Source of the DNA: Trypanosoma brucei
Taxonomy: Eukaryota
Assembly (NCBI GenBank): GCA_000002445.1
Contig: CM000208.1
Coordinates: forward strand, 3,360,001-3,424,000
Reading direction: 5' to 3'
Length of the DNA stretch: 64,000 nucleotides
The notes below the pieces were generated by a model. The model made no database searches, had not been told where the DNA came from, and saw only the letters and a program-made list of their open reading frames with translations. Shown here piece by piece: positions 56,475 through 64,000 of the stretch; the stretch's first letter is position 1, and each line of letters begins with the position of its first letter. The position numbers and the translations under genes were made by a program.

Positions 56475-59400
56475 CTATTTGGACTTAACGAGTGAGGCGA
56501 GGGCACGTATTTCCTGGCTCCCAAAAGATTTGGACGTGGGCTTCCGATGAAGGCGCCTGCGAGGAGAGAAATCTTCCACTTCGGGTATACTCGGAAGCCG
56601 AGGAAGGACGGGACGCCGCGGTAAACCTTTTCCCGCCCTCCCGTCACCCATGGCTATCCTCTTAAGACCAAGTAGCCTGAAGGGATCCCTACCGTCTCCC
56701 GCATGCTCACCTTCAGCCTTCTTTTTCTCTTCCTCTTGATTGGAGAATATTACGGTCGGTGGCTCCCATTTGAAGGAACGCGCAACCGCATGCTGCCCTG
56801 GGCCCTTTTGGTTCTTCGGAAGATAGGCTTGACTTTTCCTTCCGTCCTCACTAAACGCGACCCCGCTAACATTTGCGTGTTGCTGTCCAGAAGAAGGTCG
56901 CGCGACGCCCTCCCTCGTTGCGCCCCCGTGCTTAGGGCCTGCGCCTTGCATCATCGCAGATGTTACGCGCCCCTCTCTGCCCTTTTCTGCACCCACTCCT
57001 GCAAAGTTATTCCAGTGATATCTCCCTTCGGGCGTGACCCAGTCACCACCATCTGCTAAGAGATTAGGGCGTTTATACCCACTTACAACTGGAGCGACCT
57101 CATTTCGCCACTGCCCCTTGCTGCCAGATGGTGCCTTCCCCTTTGCGTTTTCTTGTGGATTTATCCATTTTTCAACTACAACACCAGGTTCCGGAACCAC
57201 CTCGGCCACAACCTTTGTTTGCTTCCCTTCCTCATGATGGGGGCTCTGTTGACCACTCTCTTCCAAAACTGAATCAGGAGTGGATGGTTTCGGGGTAGTG
57301 TAAAACATGCTCTCATAAGCAGCCCTTTCGGCAGCCTCCTTTCTGCGACGTTGGCGTTCTTCCAAGTCCCGTCTTTGCTTTCGTGAAAGAAAGATCAAAC
57401 TCCTCCTCCCCCGAACACTGATCTCAGTCTTTGACGACTGCGATTGGGTTTGTAGATCCTTTTGCTCCGCGTCACCACTCTCATCCTCATCATGCGAGAC
57501 CTGAAAGGACACTCGTCCCTCTTCCGTGATCCCAACCCTCAATTTTTCGTTACGCCCCCCAACAAAAATATTTTCGGGTGGAGGAGGGGCCTCACTCGTC
57601 TTAGGTCTGGAAGCAGGCTTGCCGTTCCGCCCAGTTGTCCCCTCATTGTCTTTGCCGCATCTTCTCCCCGGCCTGGCTCCGACTGCTACGGTGGAAACAT
57701 CTCCATCTTCTATATAAAGAAGCGTCTCCGCCATATGGTATGGTTGGTTGCCGCTGGTGCTCGTGAAGCCCGTGTTTAGGCCACCATGAGTTATTTGTCT
57801 CATTGCCCTTCCCCAGTCATCTTCGTCATAGTTTGCCTGCGTCATTGCATCATCACGAAGCGAGGACAGCACACTTCCGGAGCAGCCCTTCGAGGTAAGT
57901 TTACCTCTGCTGAGTTTCTCCACTGTCGGCGTAAGCTGTCGGCCCTCGCTCCGATGGAATACCGGGCTATCGATTGCGGCGGGGTTGATAACAGATCGAC
58001 CCCGCCTCGACCCATCGGCAGTATGTACGGCGCTACCTTTGCTGGCCAGAAGCCCATAGGGGTCCCCAGAAGCTGAGAGGCTGCGTCCCTTCTTTCGGTT
58101 ATGTTGCCTTTCAGAAAGAAGTTTTCCCTTATCAGTCTCTTGTTGATCAACCCGTGGTGTGGATAATGGTGGTACAACATAACGAGCATAGTCGTCGATT
58201 GGGACCATACGGGGAGGCGTTCCGGGACTTCCACCGTCCCCTTCATCTAGAGCCAACACGGATGAACAATGTGGCTTCACTTCTGCAGTGTGCTGTGCTG
58301 TAGCCAGCGAATCCCCGATGGTGCTTTCACTCATAAGCACCTCACTCACATTTCTATCCAAGGAAGAAAGGAATCGAGCAAATGTCGAATTGGCCACGTG
58401 ACTGCTGTTGCGCTGCGCCTTGCTATCGATGCCAAAATCAAATTGTGCATTGTGCGAGCTCGCTATTTCTCCTGTACTTTGGTGGAACGAAAGAATTGCG
58501 TTACTATCGAGCAGTGATGGACAGCGAGCCCAGATGGGAAGCATACCGAGGTACGTGGAGCATTCATTGGCCTCGACGAGAAAATCGTTTGCAACATCAA
58601 CAACTCCCTGGCAAGATTGCTGGCACTCCGGTTTCGACCCTTTTCCTTCTCGGGCATTATCACGACGGATGGCAAGACTCTCACATATCTCGGTCTCCAG
58701 CTTTATAGGTTCGTGCGGGCGCTCGGGAATGAAAGATTGCGCCAGTGTGGTATGTAACTCATCCCATGTGGAAAGGGCAGTGTAGGCATTAGCTATCGTA
58801 TCAAAGAAGCGAGAAACATACATCTCGGCGGCTGCATTAATAATATCACAGCATATAGCTTCGCAGTGCATTTCAGCCGCGAGACGTTCCGTAGCCTCCA
58901 AGACAAGCACATCGGCCATGCTAACCACGGGGCACGGTTGACTTGTTTCCGAGGCCTGCGCTTCTGAACAATTCTGATGAGAGCCGACACTTTTCGAAAG
59001 CAAGCTCTGCACAGATGGGGCTCTCATCCTCGCCGTCCGCGGCGACGTAGTCGCGGGTGTGGAAGTTGCTGGTGTGGCAACTGTTGTTGTGGGAGACGGG
59101 AGAAATTTCACAGGCACAATTAATTTAAAGTCGTTTTGCTGCTGCAACTTAGTGATCTTCACTGCTGCAACGCGTGCCCCACGAGTTGCATTTGCCAGTC
59201 CAATCTTTTCTGCGTTTTCAATGACCTCCACCGAATGCGAGGCGGAAAACTCTACTTTGGGTACAGTGAGGAGCGAAACCGGCGGCCTCCCTTCTTGAGA
59301 ATCAGCCAATTCCCATCCAGCACGCAAATTCCTACCAACAGAGGTGGCTCCACCTTCTGCATGTGACGCGTGAGTGAGGGACAACTCACATGCCCCGGTA

Positions 59401-60050
59401 CCGTGTAGTCCTTGATCTGCTGCTCCCCTTTCATCTACTGCCTCGGAACTCTTGAAAAAAATGACACCCTCCGGGGAAGGTGCACCTCCTTTCCTATCAT
59501 CAGTGTCAATTGATCGCAGACGTCTACGCTTGGCGCTCGCCACAGTTCGGGTCGTGTCAGGCTGAGGAGCACTACCGACTCGAAAAACGTCAGCTGAAGT
59601 TGCCCTCTCTGACTCCTGCACCGTGTTGCACACCGTCTCGGGCGAAGGCTCAACATTTGTCCCGCGGGGAATGCTACTTGTGGTTCCATCAACGCTCTTC
59701 TCTGACCTTTTCGCCAGACGTTCCTGCATGAGTTGTGCACGGGGATAAAGCATCTCTACCGCCGTGTCGTACTCCTTTGTAAGGAGTTCTTCACAGTAAA
59801 CTTTGAGGTGTACGTCCTCCGCGTCCAATGCTATGGGATCAGGAAAGAATGCTGGCATAACAGGCATTAATGGGACGTCATCGGTAGACGTTCCTCGTGT
59901 TCCTGATAAGGCACTAAGCCGCCCACTTGACGGTGCAGACCGCTGGCCGCGGCCGGTGCCAGAGCGCGGTCTCACGTCCGGTGTGTGAGCACTCATTGTT
60001 TGTGACACTGCACTCCGCAATCCACCTCTATCGAGGGGAACAATAATCAA
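56475..60050 (-). CDS. Large hypothetical protein (1191 aa), S/R/G/P-rich, low complexity
   Basis: 3.6-kb uninterrupted ORF on the cluster strand. No domain recognised. Confidence 0.6.
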   Translation of the reverse strand: MIIVPLDRGGLRSAVSQTMSAHTPDVRPRSGTGRGQRSAPSSGRLSALSGTRGTSTDDVPLMPVMPAFFPDPIALDAEDVHLKVYCEELLTKEYDTAVEMLYPRAQLMQERLAKRSEKSVDGTTSSIPRGTNVEPSPETVCNTVQESERATSADVFRVGSAPQPDTTRTVASAKRRRLRSIDTDDRKGGAPSPEGVIFFKSSEAVDERGAADQGLHGTGACELSLTHASHAEGGATSVGRNLRAGWELADSQEGRPPVSLLTVPKVEFSASHSVEVIENAEKIGLANATRGARVAAVKITKLQQQNDFKLIVPVKFLPSPTTTVATPATSTPATTSPRTARMRAPSVQSLLSKSVGSHQNCSEAQASETSQPCPVVSMADVLVLEATERLAAEMHCEAICCDIINAAAEMYVSRFFDTIANAYTALSTWDELHTTLAQSFIPERPHEPIKLETEICESLAIRRDNAREGKGSKPECQQSCQGVVDVANDFLVEANECSTYLGMLPIWARCPSLLDSNAILSFHQSTGEIASSHNAQFDFGIDSKAQRNSSHVANSTFARFLSSLDRNVSEVLMSESTIGDSLATAQHTAEVKPHCSSVLALDEGDGGSPGTPPRMVPIDDYARYVVPPLSTPRVDQQETDKGKLLSERQHNRKKGRSLSASGDPYGLLASKGSAVHTADGSRRGRSVINPAAIDSPVFHRSEGRQLTPTVEKLSRGKLTSKGCSGSVLSSLRDDAMTQANYDEDDWGRAMRQITHGGLNTGFTSTSGNQPYHMAETLLYIEDGDVSTVAVGARPGRRCGKDNEGTTGRNGKPASRPKTSEAPPPPENIFVGGRNEKLRVGITEEGRVSFQVSHDEDESGDAEQKDLQTQSQSSKTEISVRGRRSLIFLSRKQRRDLEERQRRRKEAAERAAYESMFYTTPKPSTPDSVLEESGQQSPHHEEGKQTKVVAEVVPEPGVVVEKWINPQENAKGKAPSGSKGQWRNEVAPVVSGYKRPNLLADGGDWVTPEGRYHWNNFAGVGAEKGREGRVTSAMMQGAGPKHGGATREGVARPSSGQQHANVSGVAFSEDGRKSQAYLPKNQKGPGQHAVARSFKWEPPTVIFSNQEEEKKKAEGEHAGDGRDPFRLLGLKRIAMGDGRAGKGLPRRPVLPRLPSIPEVEDFSPRRRLHRKPTSKSFGSQEIRALASLVKSK

Positions 60051-60154
60051 TATATGCTCTAATCACAATTGATTTGAGACGTAAGAGCTGAAAGGGAAGA
60101 AAATACATATGTGCAGACAAGTACTTGTATACTTTTGCTAATAAGCAGTCGGAA

Positions 60155-60405
60155 ATATATATATATATATATATATCAAAGCGAGATATGGACATTACCC
60201 CCGTCCGTGCAAAACGTGCCACAACAATTTAAACGATTGAGTGAACATGGAGTCTTCACAACCCTCCCCCCCCTCCCCATCACACACGTACATCCGTATA
60301 AAATAATGCCAGCAAACCAGCACGTGCACACATACATGTATACGTGTACGTAGAGCTCCCGATGTCGGCAGACCACATTGATTTAAACCTACTTCCTCTG
60401 GTGCA

Positions 60406-60438
<33 letters not shown>
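60155..60438. repeat. Two (TA)n microsatellites ((TA)11 at 60155-60176 and (AT)15 at 60409-60438) bracketing a 230-bp intergenic segment
   Basis: Read directly from the sequence. Confidence 0.85.
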
Positions 60439-60440
<2 letters not shown>

Positions 60441-60839
60441 TCACGCGGTACCGCTTTTTGGCGTTAATTTCGTAGGAGGCTTCGGAGTAAACTCCAGTCC
60501 ACTGTAATGCGCTGCCCGTTTAGCTCGTTCAATGTCACTCTGTTTGACAGCATAAGTATTCTGAAGGCTTCTGTAGTGTTCCACCTTCTCCAACAACAGG
60601 GCGTATTCTGGACCGCTTAACGGGCATGATTCATCATTTTTCATTTCTTCAAATCGCTTGGCAAAAGAAAACTGTTGCAAATTTGCCGTAGAGGTTCCTG
60701 CAGCACAAAGAAGCTGCGGAGAAATGCGCCACATGTGTTCGCTACTGGTCACACTTGAACCGGTGTTACCCTTAATGGAAAAGTGGCGCAGCGAAACTCC
60801 ACAAATAGGCAACCAAGCCTTTAAGCTTAACGATAGCAC
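60441..60839 (-). CDS. Hypothetical small protein (132 aa), possible mitochondrial presequence
   Basis: N-terminus MLSLSLKAWLPICGVSLRHFSIKG is amphipathic and basic. The ORF lies on the cluster strand between two longer genes. Confidence 0.4.
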   Translation of the reverse strand: MLSLSLKAWLPICGVSLRHFSIKGNTGSSVTSSEHMWRISPQLLCAAGTSTANLQQFSFAKRFEEMKNDESCPLSGPEYALLLEKVEHYRSLQNTYAVKQSDIERAKRAAHYSGLEFTPKPPTKLTPKSGTA

Positions 60840-61310
60840 GCGCCAAAAATAAAAGGGAGGAAATAGGTTTTTACGGGGGGTTTAAATAATAGAGCCACAA
60901 ACACCACAACGTTACCCTCTCGGTCCGTCGGGATTTTGCATAAGCGAATATCAGTGGTGATAGTGACACGTAGTTGTTGTTATAATAACTTGGAAAGAAA
61001 ATAGACCGCAACGAAGGAAGAGAACAGACTTTAAATAGGCAAGCATACCATTTTTCATCCATACCATCTTTCAGGGACATGTGCCATTGGAGCGCCACGA
61101 TGTCTATTTAATCGCCACTTCCCAACTGTCGCTTTTACCTCCGACTGTAACGGCCCCCTTCCCCAAATCCTTCTCTCGCGTACACACAAACAATCTTGTT
61201 ATTTCTCTCAACAACATTCCCACAGGGGTCAGTGGCTTTCCTCACTACTGCAAGTAAGCCAAAACACGTGGACACCATCCACAACTCCACACACCTCAAG
61301 TCGGCGACTG

Positions 61311-62288
61311 TTATGATGTGCGAGTCTTCTTTGTCCCTTTAGAAGCCTGCTGATGCTTCATTAAGGTCTCCAACTCCGTGAGTTCCTGCTGAAGTTCCAT
61401 TAGTTCCTCTTCTGTCTCCGCTGCTGCCATCTTTTCCTCTAGAGCCTCGAGCCGGGCTTGCAGGGCGTTGCTTGCCTCCTCCTCCTCACCAGCTTCTGCT
61501 GCAACAGGAGTAGCGAAAGTTTCCACCTTAGATGCCGCCGGTTCAGGTGCAGTATCGGCACTGCCGTTTTTGGAAGCTGCCTCACGTGCGTGGCGACTGC
61601 GTTTTCGTATTTTCTTAACAGATTCTGAGGCACTCGCATCGGCTTCAGTGGGTGCACTGTTTTGTTGCAGGAGTTGTTTCGCCTCAAGGCGGCGCCATCC
61701 CTCCACAAGCCCAACAAACTCTTTCCGCATCGTTTCCACGTTCTGCCTGTCGACCTGTGTAACGCGTTGGTAGTTGACTAGTTTCAGAGTTGGGCACAAA
61801 AAAACGACAAATGCCCGGAGGCGCGCATTATCTTCGCTAATGGTAATTGGATTGTGCTCAATAGAGAGAATTTCCAATTTCTTCCAGTGTGAAAGGAACA
61901 AAAGATCACGCAGTTCCCGGAACTCGTTGTGGTCCGCTACGAAGGCACGCAAATTCGGTAGCACAGTTGCACATGTTGCTTCACTCACATGTGTAAGACG
62001 GTTACGGTGCACAACAAGCGTTTGTAACCGCAGCATCATCCTACTCGCCGGTTTGGCTGAGCCGTTCTGAGCCGCTGCCGTCGCTAACGGCGCGCTGTCG
62101 CCAGGAAAGTACTCCAGCCGCGCCAGCGGGTTTTGCGAAAGATTCAGTACGTCAAAGCTGTCATTCAAAAATGTAAGCGTGTGCTCCTCAAGGACGGTTA
62201 TCCCGAGGCCACGAAGGTCCAATTCGCGCTGACGCAACGCATTGGTGAACTGCGGTGCCCGTCTGATGGTGTCAAGAGTCAGCCTCAT
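61311..62288 (-). CDS. U2 snRNP A-prime (U2-40K) leucine-rich-repeat protein
   Basis: MRLTLDTIRRAPQFTNALRQRELDLRGLGITVLEEHTLTFLNDSFDVLNLSQNPL...LQTLVVHRNRLTHV...LRAFVADHNEF...HNPIT...YRAFVVFLCPTLKLVNYQRVT follows the U2A-prime LRR plus LRRcap architecture (VKLTAELIEQAAQYTNAVRDRELDLRGYKIPVIEN...NPVTNKKHYRLYVIYKVPQVRVLDFQKV). C-terminal acidic/coiled-coil tail. Confidence 0.7.
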   Translation of the reverse strand: MRLTLDTIRRAPQFTNALRQRELDLRGLGITVLEEHTLTFLNDSFDVLNLSQNPLARLEYFPGDSAPLATAAAQNGSAKPASRMMLRLQTLVVHRNRLTHVSEATCATVLPNLRAFVADHNEFRELRDLLFLSHWKKLEILSIEHNPITISEDNARLRAFVVFLCPTLKLVNYQRVTQVDRQNVETMRKEFVGLVEGWRRLEAKQLLQQNSAPTEADASASESVKKIRKRSRHAREAASKNGSADTAPEPAASKVETFATPVAAEAGEEEEASNALQARLEALEEKMAAAETEEELMELQQELTELETLMKHQQASKGTKKTRTS

Positions 62289-62833
62289 AAAGTGTTTTTG
62301 CCTTCGGGCTCTTTGCCGTCTCTCGTCTCAACCACCTCAGCCTGTAACGAAATCAAAGTGAGGGCATTTGATGGTAACGTTATTATGAGATTAGTCGAGA
62401 AAGGGAGAAGGAACAATAAGATAAAAGGACTGACGTACGTTACCGCAGCACGAGGTTTTATTACGTGAAACATGTACAGTGTCGGCGACACTAGAATGGA
62501 TGCCACCCCACGAAAAGAGATTTCACGGTAACACCATGGCAACCAAATGTGAAAACTACGCAATAAAATACGCTCGACAACAAACGAAATAAAGAAAAAT
62601 AAGTGCACAACAGAGTCCACACCCCCCCCCCAACTCAACAACTGGGAGAATTACTTGCATGTAGAGAAACGTATGTACGGTCGCTACGCCCCACAAGTCT
62701 CCCCTTCCCACTGAGACTAAGCCACCCAACAGAAGTGGAAGTAAGAAACACCTTCACCTCGGATCGCAGCATCCACAAGTGCTTGCTTTTTTTTTTTTTT
62801 CAATGCACGAGCCTTCACAAACTGTGCAAGCCA

Positions 62834-63196
62834 CTAAGATTCGTGCGAAGTCTTAGCCTCTTTGTCCTGCTTTATGAAAATGCGACGATACCCCTTCAGC
62901 TCACCCTTTTCGTTATGTATAGGCTCTAATCTGTAAGATGACATGGGTGCTGTATTTGGTTGCAAACCTTGTGTCAATTTGTCCATTGGCGCCAATGTCG
63001 GAGCAAAGTACGCAATGCCTAAAGCAAGTAATAGCAGTGGCCCGGCAAGTACAAACTCACGGAATCCCATGGGAATATGGGCATAGCATGTTGCGATACG
63101 AAGAAGATATGGGTTCTTCTTTGGTACCGGAACTGCGTTAGCAATACCCTGAGACGTGGGGATGGCACTTGACCGTCGCTGCACCTCCTCGCTCAT
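62834..63196 (-). CDS. Hypothetical small membrane protein (120 aa)
   Basis: One clear hydrophobic segment (FVLAGPLLLLALGIAYFAPTLAP). ORF on the cluster strand. Weak evidence. Confidence 0.35.
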   Translation of the reverse strand: MSEEVQRRSSAIPTSQGIANAVPVPKKNPYLLRIATCYAHIPMGFREFVLAGPLLLLALGIAYFAPTLAPMDKLTQGLQPNTAPMSSYRLEPIHNEKGELKGYRRIFIKQDKEAKTSHES

Positions 63197-63730
63197 GTTT
63201 GCTCCACACGGGAAGACCCCCTACGCTTTGATAGCAAGGTTACTACTAATACTCTTCGTCAGAGCAGGAATGATCACTTCGCTTCAGATCGAAACACTCT
63301 GCGTTCTGTAATGGGGAACTAATCTTTCACAAACCCCACCTACAAGGACAGACAGCACTTCGCTTCGTTAACTTGTCCTCGGTAACAGAAAAAAAAAGTA
63401 ATTGATCATAGAGGTGAACGAAGGTCATAAGGGCTACGCACTCTAGAATGAACCATGCAGGAGAGTGCGTTATACGTGCTAATGACGCAAGGCGAGAGGG
63501 TAAAGGAGGTCACGCATGGATGCTATAACTCTCTTCTGAAGGTACATAGCTTCTGCCGTTGTCTCCGTTTGGGGGAGTGATGGAACCATTACTACTATTA
63601 TTACCATTACCGTTACAACGCATATACAAGTATACATATGAATACACATACTTGTACATGTCGTCAAAGATACTCACGTTTACGTTACGAGATGCACCAC
63701 TGCGTAATTCTCGCTGTTGATTTGCTTCTC

Positions 63731-64000
63731 TTACAAATCCACCATAACGCTCGCCTGCAGGTTACTCGACATCACGACTTGTGGTTCAGCCGCCTCAGAT
63801 GTAGTGCGCACCAACTGCACTGCCAAGTTCATAAATTTCGCCGTGCTCACCCCAGAAATACGCACTCTACCATTTACACTCCCGACTTCTTCACCATCGA
63901 GATCTCCACGATTTCCAGCATTGGAGGGACGAAGCGTGAAGACAACATAATATTTATGTTCGCCGCCGTCAGTTGGTCCCCCCAGCACAAGGCCCTTATC
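63731..64000 (-). CDS. 3' end of a CDS probably running off the window edge (C-terminal 85+ aa), unknown product
   Basis: Minus-strand open frame terminating at 63731. The listed 85-aa ORF ends at 63988, within 12 nt of the window edge, so whether a gene continues upstream cannot be judged. Confidence 0.3.
   Translation of the reverse strand, partial: DKGLVLGGPTDGGEHKYYVVFTLRPSNAGNRGDLDGEEVGSVNGRVRISGVSTAKFMNLAVQLVRTTSEAAEPQVVMSSNLQASVMVDL

Noticed and set aside
1-64000. Search for tRNA genes (T-loop GGTTCGANTCC, A/B boxes) and other Pol III genes in intergenic regions
   Set aside because: No convincing T-arm/acceptor context found by eye. Candidates such as aattcaaatgg (7735) and catttgaatcc (9790, inside the AQP3 CDS) lack the surrounding tRNA structure.

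Overview
This window appears to be one trypanosomatid directional gene cluster, most likely Trypanosoma brucei chromosome 10. All credible protein-coding genes, about 26, lie on the minus strand, are intron-less and are separated by pyrimidine/purine-rich intergenic tracts. Several are recognisable from sequence alone. They are pyruvate kinase (PYK1), a tandem pair of aquaglyceroporins whose motifs match TbAQP3 (NPA/NPA+Arg) and TbAQP2 (NSA/NPS, Arg replaced by Leu), N-myristoyltransferase, SRP19, Sec13, a syntaxin-5-like Qa-SNARE, an AP-complex sigma subunit, a mitochondrial S-adenosylmethionine-carrier-like MCF protein, an NIF/FCP1-like phosphatase, an STE-like protein kinase, an armadillo-repeat protein, a Utp14-like protein and U2 snRNP A-prime. 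The most interesting structure is the AQP2/AQP3 drug-uptake locus. Two paralogues share perfectly identical 5' flanks, N-terminal coding sequence and a central block, while other segments diverge. A previously unremarked-looking 220-bp relic of a third aquaglyceroporin 3' end (last 36 codons, stop and 3'UTR) lies about 1.1 kb downstream. Other notable features are 227-bp direct repeats flanking pyruvate kinase, a signature of a tandem array, and a 6.1-kb ORF-free low-complexity block inside the transcription unit. A G10...C11 inverted homopolymer pair and several (TA)n/(CA)n microsatellites were also seen. I found no tRNA, rRNA, CRISPR or obvious mobile element. Gene identities are from my own reading of motifs, not database searches.
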